DNA of 64,000 bases from Octopus sinensis. Lineage: Eukaryota. The position numbers and the translations under genes were made by a program. Positions 1-11,738 of the stretch are shown here, one piece after another (within the stretch, counting starts at the first letter, position 1; each line of letters starts with the position of its first letter). The notes under the pieces were generated by a model. The model saw only the letters and a list, made by a program, of their open reading frames with translations. It had not been told where the DNA came from and did no database searches. The stretch spans positions 19,654,001-19,718,000 of the forward strand of contig NC_043023.1 in NCBI RefSeq assembly GCF_006345805.1. The letters are read 5' to 3'.

Positions 1-21
1 TTCTATCAATATATATATATA

Positions 22-67
<46 letters not shown>

Positions 68-70
68 TTA

Positions 71-577
71 TCTATATATATAAAACTCTAGTTGTGTGAG
101 TGTCTGTCCCCTTCGATTCAGATTCCTAACTCCTCCCACATTTTGCGGTGCAGTTTAACCAAATTCGGGTATCTTATAGTCGTGATTCATATCGAGCCCG
201 TCTGGCTATTAGCGCGCGTCTACGATGAGTCTACGATTTTAAAAATAATTTAACATCATTTTTTATTCCATTTTAATGCATAATTTTTCGTGTGTCGATG
301 GCGGCGGAGTTGGCGTCCATGGTCACACCTGCACCTGTTTGCTTCTCCCCCTTCTTCCCTCCCTCGTGAAGCTGTGGGGAAGGGAGTGTAGGGAAATCAA
401 CGTCGTAATGCATTGTCAAGGAGACCAGCGTTATTTTAGAACAGCGACTTCATGGCTTGAAGACACCAAAACAGAAATGGCTAAGAAAGCCCGAATTTAT
501 AAGGGAAGTAACTCTCTAAAAATGCTTATATAGTTATTTCCCTTACAAACCCGAGCAACGCCGGGCGATACTGCTAG
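71..577 (+). mobile_element. Non-autonomous Helitron, family H1
   Basis: A|TC 5' end, CCCGAGCAACGCCGGG hairpin about 8 nt before the CTAG|T 3' end, no TSD; four related copies elsewhere in the window. Confidence 0.85.
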
Positions 578-967
578 TTATATATATATATGAAGTTGGC
601 CTGCTCACTTAGCAAGCGAGGTGGCGTCATTCGAAGGCTAAATCAATGCGAAGCGCATTGTGACCAGCGATGTGTAACAACATCTGATAGCCTGGTCGGT
701 CACGGTGATATATATGAATTAGAATGATTTCAGCAAAATGAAAACAAACATTTCTGGTCAGGATATAAAAGGGGAGACAATTATAATTTTTTTACGTTGA
801 GACAACAAATAACAAATAGTCTCCCTTACCTTGATTATATTTCTGTCATTAACGCTAATGACTTTTTTCTTGCTCAATAGTGTGTTGTTTTTTTGTTTTA
901 ATTAATTTAACGTATTTTCAACTCAATACATATTAGTAATGTTCCTTTAAAAATTAAAAAGAAGAAA

Positions 968-1379
968 GGATCTTTTCGGTTTGACCGGCAGTTTTTTAAA
1001 ATAATTTCCACGTAACTAAACACTTTTAAACTTCGTATACTGGTAGAATGTGTTTATAAAACATCTTTTTCTCTTGGCTTTATTGAGAAAATTCTATAGT
1101 TTGTAAGATATTTGTTGTTTTTTTTCCTTCAATTTCTGCAATTTCAACCAATCAATGACGTCTATTGAGATAAAAAAAACATTGTGCCGTATGAACATGT
1201 CCCTCGTTTAAGAAACAAATTGGGTTTATTTACATTTGTGAAGAAAAGAAAGATACCCTCCCCCATCCCTAACCCTAAAACAGATTGAAATGCAATAGAT
1301 CGATTCTAGGGTCATAATTATGGGTGACAATTTCATATGACACCGCTAGAAAAAACTGCCGTTCAAACCGAAAAGATCC
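968..1379 (+). mobile_element. MITE (~410 bp), TIR GGATCTTTTCGGTTTGA(A/C)CGGCAGTTTTT
   Basis: ~30-bp terminal inverted repeats; no TSD visible at this copy. Confidence 0.85.
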
Positions 1380-1647
1380 ACTATATGTTGCTATGCCGAC
1401 CACGTAATATGTAAATCCTGTATAATTTTAACAGATTATCTAAATTTAAATGCAAATCCTATAAAATTTTTTACAGATTTAAATTTAAATTTTTTGCTCC
1501 ATAAAACCAAGAAAACAGTGGTCCTTCCCCTGCAGGTTTGCATAGAAAGGGTGTAATGTGGGATTTTACATGGGTTTTCATCCACTCCCCCATTCAACCG
1601 CACCACATCTGTTTTTCCTCGTTATTTTCCCCTTAACGACTCAACAG

Positions 1648-1762
1648 AAAAACAAACCAGGCCGACTTATACTGCTTTACGACTACGATGAAAATATTTG
1701 TCCCCGTGTCGCCTCTACAATTGCCGAAAGGGGTTTTGATAATTTATTTCTACTTTCTGGAG
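1648..1762 (+). CDS. CEP41: CEP41 (centrosomal protein 41, rhodanese-like domain), internal coding exon
   Basis: Acceptor ...ctcaacag|AAAAAC, donor TCTGGAG|gtaagt. Encodes KNKPGRLILLYDYDENICPRVASTIAERGFDNLFLLSG, resembling the remembered CEP41 segment [33 protein letters not shown]. Phase 1 end fits the next exon. Confidence 0.9.
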
Positions 1763-2049
1763 GTAAGTATGAATTATTTTTGTTATTGTTGTTGTTGTCA
1801 CTGTGTATCTATTCAGTGCCCTTCCTAATGCCAACCCCTTTTTTAGAGCATACTGAGTGCTTTTTGTGTGGTGCCAGTACCCACACCAATGCCTTGGTTT
1901 TAGGATTGCACTTCTGTTGTGGTGGGCGGGTTTTCGTGAGTAGACCAATGCACCACCTGGTCCTTTGTCATCTCCTTCATAAGGCTCAGAGTTTTCATTT
2001 TGGCCCCTTCAATACTTTGTTGCATGTCTTCTTTGGTCTCCCTTTTCCA

Positions 2050-2387
2050 TGTATATATATGTATATATATGTATATGTATGTGTATGTATATATATGTAT
2101 ATGTATTTATATGTATGTATATGTATATATATGTGTATGTATGTGTATGTGTATATGTATGTGTATGTATGTATGTATATGTATGTATATGTATGTATAT
2201 ATATGTATATGTATGTATATGTATGTATATATATGTATATGTATATATATGTATGTATATATATGTATATGTATATATATGTATGTATATGTATATATAT
2301 GTATGTATATGTATATATATGTATGTGTATGTATATATGTATATATATGTATGTGTATGTATGTATATATGTATATATATGTATGTG

Positions 2388-2426
<39 letters not shown>

Positions 2427-2430
2427 ATAT
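2050..2430. repeat. (TA)/(TATG) microsatellite (similar tracts at 7660-7835, 8030-8730, 20140-20400, 21580-21780, 49000-50220)
   Basis: Direct inspection. Confidence 0.95.
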
Positions 2431-3069
2431 GTCCTTGTTTGTCCCCTCTGTGTTTAGCCCCTTGTGGGTAATAAAGAAATAGGTTTGACTGGGGTCTGAG
2501 AAACAGGAGGCTGCACCAGGCTCCAGTCTGATCTGGCAATGTTTCTACAGCTGGATGCCCTTCCTAACGCCAACCACTCCGTGAGTGTAGTGGGTGCTTT
2601 TTACGTGCCACCAGCACAGGTACCAGGGGAGGGTGCAACAGCCATGATCAGTTGGTGCTTTTTACGTGCCACCGGCACGGAAGCCAGTCAAGGCGGCGCT
2701 GGCATCGGCCACGTTTGGATGGTGCTTCTTACGTGCCACTAGCACAGGTGCTAATGGAGGCTGGCAACAGCCACAATTGGTTGGTGCTTTTTACATGACA
2801 CTGGCACGGAAGCCAGTCAAGGCAGCGCTGACGTTCGGATGGTGCTTTTTACGTGCCACCGGCACAGGGATCACAGCTACAATTTCCATTGATTTTTTGA
2901 TGTTGATGTACTTGATTCAATAGGTCTCCTCAAGCACAGCAGGTCGCCCTACGATCCAAGGCACTTGTAGCAAAAAAACATCCCAGATGCACTGTTCTTG
3001 ACCATGTCAAATAGGAGAATTTTCTCTGCCGCATGTTGCATATAAAAGTGTATTTATATATGTGTGTGT

Positions 3070-5460
3070 GGATCTTTTCGGTTTGACCGGCAGTTTTTTA
3101 AAATAATTTCCACGTAACTAAACACTTTTAAACTTCGTATACTGGTAGAATGTGTTTATAAAACATCTTTTTCTCTTGGCTTTATTGAGAAAATTCTATA
3201 GTTTGTAAGATATTTGGGTCTTTTCGGTTTGACCGGCAGTTTTTTAAAATAATTTCCACGTAACTAAACACTTTTAAACTTCGCATACTGGTAGAATGTG
3301 TTTATAAAACATCTTTTTCTCTTGGCTTTATTGAGAAAATTCTATAGTTTGTAAGATATTTGGGTCTTTTCGGTTTGACCGGCAGTTTTTAAAAATAATT
3401 TCCACGTAACTAAACACTTTTAAACTTCGCATACTGGTAGAATGTGTTTATAAAACATCTTTTTCTCTTGGCTTTATTGAGAAAATTCTATAGTTTGTAA
3501 GATATTTGGGTCTTTTCTTTTCGGTTTTGAACGGCAGTTTTTTAAAAATAATTTCCACGTAACTAAACACTTTTAAACTTCGATACTGGTAGAATGTGTT
3601 TATAAAACATCTTGTTCCACTTTTCTCTCTGGCTTTATTGAGTAAATTCTATAGTTTGTAAGATATTTGGGTCTTTTCGGTTTGACCGGCAGTTTTTAAA
3701 AATAATTTCCACGTAACTAACACTTTTTAAACTTCGCATACTGGTAGAATGTGTTTATAAAACATCTTTTTCTCTGGCTTTATGGAAAAGATTCTATAGT
3801 TGTAAGATATTTGGGTCTTTTCGGTTTGACCGGCAGTTTTTTAAAATAATTTCCACGTACTAAACACTTTTAAACTTCGCATACTGGTAGATGTGTTTAT
3901 AAAACATCTTTTTCTCTTGGCTTTATTGAGAAAATTCTATAGTTTGTAAGATATTTGGTCTTTTCGGTCTGACGCGGCAGTTTTTTAAAATAATTTCCAC
4001 GTAACTAAACACTTTTAAACTTCGTATACTGGTAGAATGTGTTTATAAAACATCTTTTTCTCTTGGCTTTATTGAGAAAATTCTATAGTTTGTAAGATAT
4101 TTGGGTCTTTTCGGTTTGACCGGCAGTTTTTAAAATAATTTCCACGTAACTAAACACTTTTAAACTTCGCATACTGGTAGAATGTGTTTATAAAACATCT
4201 TTTTCTCTTGGCTTTATTGAGAAAATTCTATAGTTTGTAAGATATTTGGGTCTTTTCGGTTTGACCGGCAGTTTTTAAAAATAATTTCCACGTAACTAAA
4301 CACTTTTAAACTTCGCATACTGGTAGAATGTGTTTATAAAACATCTTTTTCTCTTGGCTTTATGGAAAAGATTCTATAGTTTGTAAGATATTTGGGTCTT
4401 TTCGGTTTGACCGGCAGTTTTTAAAAATAATTTCCACGTAACTAAACACTTTTAAACTTCGCATACTGGTAGAATGTGTTTATAAAACATCTTTTTCTCT
4501 TGGCTTTATTGAGAAAATTCTATAGTTTGTAAGATATTTGGGTCTTTTCGGTTTGACCGGCAGTTTTTAAAAATAATTTCCACGTAACTAAACACTTTTA
4601 AACTTCGCATACTGGTAGAATGTGTTTATAAAAACATCTTTTTCTCTTGGCTTTATTGAGAAAATTCTATAGTTTGTAAGATATTTGGGTCTTTTCGGTT
4701 TGACCGGCAGTTTTTTAAAAATAATTTCCACGTAACTAAACACTTTTAAACTTCGCATACTGGTAGAATGTGTTTATAAAACATCTTTTCTCTTGGCTTT
4801 ATGGAAAAGATTCTATAGTTTGTAAGATATTTGGGTCTTTTCGGTTTGACCGTCGTTTTTTTTAAAAATAATTTCACGTAACGTAAACAACACTTTTAAA
4901 CTTCGCATACTGGTAGAATGTTGTTTATAAAACACTTTTTCTCTTGGCTTTATTGAGAAAATTCTATAGTTTGTAAGATATTTGGGTCTTTTCGGTTTGT
5001 CCGGCAGTTTTTAAAAATAATTTCCACGTAACTAAACACTTTTAAACTTCGCATACTGGTAGAATGTGTTTATAAAACATCTTTTTTCTTGGCTTTATGA
5101 GAAAATTCTATAGTTTGTAAGATATTTGGGTCTTTTCGGTTTGACCAGCAGTTTTTTAAAAATAATTTCCACGTAACTAAACACTTTTAAACTTCGCATA
5201 CTGGTAGAATGTGTGTTTATAAAAATCTTTTTCTTTGGCTTTATTGAGAAAATTCTATAGTTTGTAAGATATTTGGGTCTTTTCGGTTTGACCGGCAGTT
5301 TTTAAAAATAATTTCCACGTAACTAAACACTTTTAAACTTCGCATACTGGTAGAATGTGTTTATAAAACATCTTTTTCTCTTGGCTTTATGGAAAAGATT
5401 CTATAGTTTGTAAGATATTTGTTGTTTTTTTTTTTTTGCAATTTCAACCAATCAATGACG
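3070..5460 (+). repeat. Tandem array, ~16 x ~146 bp, made from the left end of the MITE (CEP41 intron)
   Basis: Each unit starts G(G)TCTTTTCGGTTTGACCGGCAG and ends GTAAGATATTT. Confidence 0.92.
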
Positions 5461-5502
5461 TATGTGTGTTAGAAGATTTCTTTCACTTTGTATGTTGACC
5501 AG

Positions 5503-5685
5503 GTTTAAAAGTTGCCGAGAAGCTGTTTCCTCAGGGTTTGATTGTCGGTCACATCACACCAGAACCACACAACAGACAGAGGATAGGGAGTCCATTGGTT
5601 GCTAACCAGACGGAGTTTTGCAGCAAGGACTTGGAAGAACTTGCCATATTCTTAGGCAAAGCTTTACAAGACAAAAGTGTTGGCA
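5503..5685 (+). CDS. CEP41: CEP41 coding exon (183 nt)
   Basis: Acceptor gttgaccag|GT, donor GGCA|gtaagt. In frame with the previous exon: GLKVAEKLFPQGLIVGHITPEPHNRQRIGSPLVANQTEFCSKDLEELAIFLGKALQDKSVG, resembling CEP41 GLKVLAQKFPEGLITG. Confidence 0.85.
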
Positions 5686-5704
5686 GTAAGTGGTTGGCTG
5701 TTTT

Positions 5705-7560
5705 TGTTGTTTAGCCCCAGGTCAGTCCTGATCCAGACAGATCTATGGTCAAAGACATTCCTGCTGTGACCATCCCAACTTTTATTCAGGCATAGTGTAT
5801 CTAAGGTTACATTATCTTATGTATAGTATAGTAGTTAGTATTAGTGGCTGTAATTGTTGTTTAGCCCCAGGTCAGTCCTGATCCAGACAGATCTATGGTC
5901 AAAGACATTCTGCTGTGACCATCCCAACTTTTATTCAGGCATAGTGTATCTAAGGTTACATATCTTATGTATAGTATGTAGTAGTAGTATTATGTGGCTG
6001 TAATTGTTGTTTAGCCCCAGGTCAGTCCTGATCCAGACAGATCTATGGTCAAAGACATTCCTGCTGTGACCATCCCAACTTTTATTCAGGCATAGTGTAT
6101 CTAAGGTTACATTATCTTATGTTTAGTATAGTAGTTAGTATTAATGGCTGTAATTGTTGTTTAGCCCCAGGTCAGTCCTGATCCAGACAGATCTATGGTC
6201 AAAGACATTCCTGCTGTGACCATCCCAACTTTTATTCAGGCATAGTGTATCTAAGGTTACATTATCTTATGTTTAGTATAGTAGTTAGTATTAATGGCTG
6301 TAATTGTTGTTTAGCCCCAGGTCAGTCCTGATCCAGACAGATCTATGGTCAAAGACATTCCTGCTGTGACCATCCCAACTTATTCAGGCATAGTGTATCT
6401 AAGGTTACATTATCTTATCTAGTATAGTATAGTTTAGTATTAGTGGCTGTAATTGTGTTTAGCCCCAGGTCAGTCCTGATCCAGACAGATCTATGGTCAA
6501 AGACATTCCTGCTGTGACCATCCCAACTTTTATTCAGGCATAGTGTATCTAAGGTTACATTATCTTATGTATAGTATAGTAGTTAGTATTAGTGGCTGTA
6601 ATTGTTGTTTAGCCCCAGGTCAGTCCTGATCCAGACAGATCTATGGTCAAAGACATTCCTGCTGTGACCATCCCAACTTTTATTCAGGCATAGTGTATCT
6701 AAGGTTACATTATCTTATGTTTAGTATAGTAGTTAGTATTAATGGCTGTAATTGTTGTTTAGCCCCAGGTCAGTCCTTATCCAGACAGATATATGATCAA
6801 AGACATTCCTGCTGTGACCATCCCATCTTTTATTCAGGCATGGTGTATCTAAGACTACATTATCTAATGTATAGTAGTTAGTATTAGTAGCTATAGTTGT
6901 TGTTGTTTAACCCCTGGTCAGGCCTGATCCAGACAGACCTATGATCAAAGATGTTCCAGCTGTGACCATCCCATCTTTTATTCAGGCATAGTGTATCTAG
7001 GACTACATTATCTAATGTATAGTAGTTAGTATTAGTAGCTATAGTTGTTATTGTTTAACCCCTGGTCAGGCCTGATCCAGACAGACCTATGATCAAAGAT
7101 GTTCCAGCTGTGACCATCCCATCTTTTATTTAGGCATAGTGTATCTAGGACTACATTATCTAATGTATAGTAGTTAGTATTAGTAGCTATAGTTGTTGTT
7201 GTTTAACCCCTGGTCAGGCCTGATCCAGACAGACCTATGATCAAAGATGTTCCAGCTGTGACCATCCCATCTTTTATTCAGGCACAGTGTATCTAGGACT
7301 ACATTATCTAATGTATAGTAGTTAGTATTAGTAGCTATAGTTGTTGTTGTTTAACCCCTGGTCAGGCCTGATCCAGACAGACCTATGATCAAAGATGTTC
7401 CAGCTGTGACCATCCCATCTTTTATTTAGGCATAGTGTATCTAGGACTACATTATCTAATGTATAGTAGTTAGTATTAGTGGCTATAGTTGTTATTTAGC
7501 CCTCGGTTAGTCCTGATGCAGGCAGATATTTACAGCTGGATCATCTTTCTTCGTAGTCCC
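5705..7560. repeat. Tandem array, ~13 x ~150 bp, in two sequence sub-blocks (CEP41 intron)
   Basis: Unit TTGTTTAGCCCCAGGTCAGTCCTGATCCAGACAG...; the variant changes at ~6900. Confidence 0.92.
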
Positions 7561-7659
7561 AGATAGACTATGTGTATCTAAGGCTACATTATCTAATGTA
7601 CAGTATAGTAATCTCCTACAAGGGTGTCAAATTTATCTTTTACTTCAGCAGTGGAAGGT

Positions 7660-7692
<33 letters not shown>

Positions 7693-8309
7693 TCACACAC
7701 ACACACACACACACACGCACTCACACACACACACACACACACTCACACACACACACACACAAACACACACGCACTCACACACACACACACGCACTCACAC
7801 ACACACACGCACTTACACACACACACACACACATCGTTTAGATTACTCTGTCGAATGTGATGCTTATTTATTCACCTTGTTTTGAATTAATCCTGGATTA
7901 TCTCATGGCTTTGGGATTTCTATGATGTGACTGGGTGTTTTCAGAAAGACATTGTAGGATTTGTGGGAGAGGCCAGATATGGACTGTTTGAACACAAAAC
8001 AGGTTAGAATATCTGGGCTGAATTGAAATAGATATATATATATATATATTAGTATATATATATACACACACACACACAACACACCACACATATATTATAT
8101 ACACACACCACACCACACACATAATATATACACACACACAACATATATATATACACACACACCACAACATAATATATATACACACACACACACATATATA
8201 TACACACATACACATATATATACACATACATATACACACATACATACATATACACACACATACATACATACATACATATACACACACACATACATACATA
8301 TACATACAC

Positions 8310-8340
<31 letters not shown>

Positions 8341-8858
8341 CATACATACATACATATATATATACACACACATACATACATATATATATACACACATACA
8401 TACATATATATACATACATACATACATACATACACACATACATATATATATATACACACATACATACATATACACTTACATATATACACATACACATACA
8501 CACATACGTATATATATACATACACACACATACATACATATACACACACATACATACATATATACACACATACATACATACAGACATACACACATACATA
8601 CATACACATACATACACACACATACATACATACACACATACATACACACAGACATACATACACACATACACACAGACATACATACACACACACATACACA
8701 CACACATACATACACACATACATTATATATATATATAGAGAGAGAGAGATAGAGTTACTAAAGCATTAAACACAGACTACACAACCCTTCTTACCCTTTT
8801 GACTGGTTTGACCATCCTTCATCACCGTTCCTTATCCTGTTTGTCTTCCTCTCTTCAG

Positions 8859-9001
8859 ATCGACTCTCCAAGTCAGTTCTATCCTCCCGATGTGCCAGCA
8901 ACAGTTCCTTCCATTCGTCTCACTACGCACAGCAGCCACCACCGACGCCGTCATCAGTGTCCTTATCCTCAGCATCCAGCAGACGTCCGTTCAGGACTTA
9001 A
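8859..9001 (+). CDS. CEP41: CEP41 terminal coding exon
   Basis: Strong acceptor tcttcctctcttcag|AT. Phase-compatible frame NRLSKSVLSSRCASNSSFHSSHYAQQPPPTPSSVSLSSASSRRPFRT* (TAA 8999-9001). Ser-rich tail ending RPFR, like the KPWK end of vertebrate CEP41. Confidence 0.75.
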
Positions 9002-9128
9002 AAAGTCAGTAGTTGTCTCCCCCTTTTCGGTTTCCTTTTTTTTCTGTCTTCTCGTACCCCCCTCCCCTCGCTTCTGTGTTGGCATACATCACAAGACCGC
9101 CAACGTGTATTTATATATGTGTGTGTGT

Positions 9129-10224
9129 GGATCTTTTCTGTTTGACCGGCAGTTTTTTAAAAATAATTTCCACGTAACTAAACACTTAAACTTCGTATAC
9201 TGGTAGAATGTGTTTATAAAACATCTTTTCTCTTGGCTTTATTGAGAAATTCTATAGTTTTAAGATATTGTTTTGTTTTTTCTTCAATTCTGCGATTTCA
9301 ACCAATCAATGACGTCTATTGAGGTAAATAACATTCTGTGCCGTATGAACATGTCCCTCGTTTACGAAACAGGGATCTTTTTGGTTTGACCAGCAGTTTT
9401 TCAAAATAATTTCCACGTAACTAAACACTTTTAAACTTCGTATACTGGTAGAATGTGTTTATAAAACATCTTTTTCTCTTGGATTTATTGAGAAAATTCT
9501 ATAGTTTGTAAGATATTTGTTGTTGTTTTTCTTCAATTTCTGCAATTTCAACCAATCAATGATGTCTACTGAGGTAAAAAAACATTCTGTGCCATATGAA
9601 TATGTCCCTCGTTTAAGAAACAGATTGGGTTTACTCTTTACTCTTTTACTCGTTTCAGTCATTTTGACTGTGCCCATGCTGGAGCACCGCCTTCTGTCGA
9701 GCAAATCGACCCCGGGACTTATTCTTTGTAAGCCCAGTACTTATTCTATCAGTCACTTTTGCCGAACCGCTAGGTGACTGGGACGTAAACACACCAGCAT
9801 CGGTTAAGCGATGCAAGGGGGACAAACACAGACGCACAAACATACACACACACTATATATTATATATATAATATATATATATATTATATATATATTTGGG
9901 CTTCTTTCAGTTTCCGTCTACCAAATCCACTCACAAGGCATTGGTCGGCCCGAGACTATAGTAGAAGACACTTGCCCAAGGTGCCACGCAGTGGGACTGA
10001 ACCCGAAACCATGTGGTTGGTAAACAAGACTCTTACCACACAGCCACTCCTGCGCCTATTTTATTTACATTTGAGAAGAAAAAAAGATACCCTTCCCCCA
10101 CCCCTAACCCTAAAACAGATTGAAATGCAATAGATCAATACTAGGGTCATAATTATGGGTGACAATTTCATATGACACCGCAAGAAATTATTTTTAAAAA
10201 CTGCCAGTCAAAGCGAAAAGATCC
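9129..10224 (+). mobile_element. Same MITE with internal duplication and a nested SINE-A (~9631-10058, -)
   Basis: TIRs at both ends; flanks GTGTGTGT/GTATGTGT match at 7 of 8 positions. Confidence 0.8.
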
Positions 10225-11007
10225 GTATGTGTTTGTGTATGTATCTTTTACTTGTTTCAGTCATTAGACTGTGGCCATGCTGGGGCACCACCTTGTAGAG
10301 AATTTTTAGTCAAATCAAATGACTCCAGTACTTTTTCTTTTCAAACCTGGTAATTATTTTATTGGTCATTTTTGCTGAACTGCTAAGTTACACACCAACA
10401 CCGGGTGTGAACTGGTGGCAGTGGACAAACAAAGACACGAGCTACACACACACACACACACACACTCTTATTTGTTTTAATCATTTGACTGTGGCCATGC
10501 TAGAGCACTGCTTTCTGGGGTTTTAGTCAAAGAAATCAATCCTAGGACATATTCTTTGTTAAGCCTTGTACTTATTCTATCCGTCTCAGGGATGTAAACA
10601 CATCAACATCAGTTGTCAAGCAAATAATGTGGAGACAAACAAAGATATACACACATAAATATATACATGCATACACACACACACAAGGCTTCTTTCAGTT
10701 TCTGTCTGCCAAATCTACTCCCAAGGCTTTGTTTTCGTGAGAACACACAGAAAACCACAGATGGCTTGATAATTCTCTTTTACTCGTTTCAGTCATTTGA
10801 CTGTGGCCATGCTGGAGCACTGTTTTTAGTCGAGCAAATCGACCCCGGGACTTATTCTTTGCAAGCCTAGTACTTATTCTATTGGTGTCTTTTGCCGAAC
10901 CGTTAAGTTATGGGGGACGTAAACACACCAGCATCGGTTGTCAAGCAATGCTAGGGGGAACAAACACAGACACACTTACAGACAGACATACATACATACA
11001 TACATTA

Positions 11008-11297
11008 CATGATCACATGACCAACCAGTCCATCAGATGTTGTTATACATCGCTGGTCACAATGCGTTCGCATTGTTTTAGCCTTTGAATGACGCCACCC
11101 TGCTGGCTAAGCGAGCAGGCCAACAGAAGAAAGAGTGGTGAAAGAGTACAGCGGGGATCACCACCCCCTGCTGGAGCCTCGTGGAGCTTTTAGGTGTTTT
11201 CACTCAATAAACACTCACAACGCCCGGTCTGGGAATCGAAACCGCGATCCTGCGACCGCGAGTCCGCTACTCTAACCACTAGGCCATTGCGCCTCCA
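11008..11297 (-). mobile_element. SINE-B (tRNA head GGAGGCGCAATGGCCYAGTGG), tail type 1
   Basis: A box TGGCCTAGTGG, B-box-like GTTTCGATTCC; the same tail occurs alone at ~593-710 (+). Confidence 0.8.
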
Positions 11298-11638
11298 CAT
11301 ACATACATATATACATATATATATTGGTAAAAACGGTAAAATAACAAAAGAAAGAAGGAGACCTCAATATTATGTAAATAGAGGAAATTTATCTAACTAT
11401 CCGACTCGTGGCCGTGGCACGTAAAACACTATCCGACTCGTGGCCGTGGCACGTAAAATACTCCAATGCGACCGTACGACAGGCACCCATGCCAACCCCC
11501 TTTGCTTGTGAAGACATGTTGGGCAAGCAGCGAAATCGAAATCGAATTGAACCAGCCAGGATCCCTGGTCTGGTGGTACGTAAAAAGCACTATCCGACTC
11601 GTGGCCGATGCCAGCACCGCCTCGACTGGCTTCCTCGT

Positions 11639-11738
11639 NNNNNNNNNNNNNNNNNNNNNNNNNNNNNNNNNNNNNNNNNNNNNNNNNNNNNNNNNNNNNN
11701 NNNNNNNNNNNNNNNNNNNNNNNNNNNNNNNNNNNNNN
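11639..11738. other. Assembly gap (100 N)
   Basis: Run of exactly 100 N; the sequences on either side need not be contiguous. Confidence 0.99.

Noticed and set aside
276-533. Recurrent 66-87-aa ORF (also 20701-20901 and 33622-33885)
   Set aside because: It lies inside non-autonomous Helitron copies, its start differs between copies, and it has no recognisable domain.
1558-2457. 299-aa ORF as a complete gene
   Set aside because: Only 1648-1762 is a CEP41 exon; the rest is intron and (TA/TG) microsatellite read-through.
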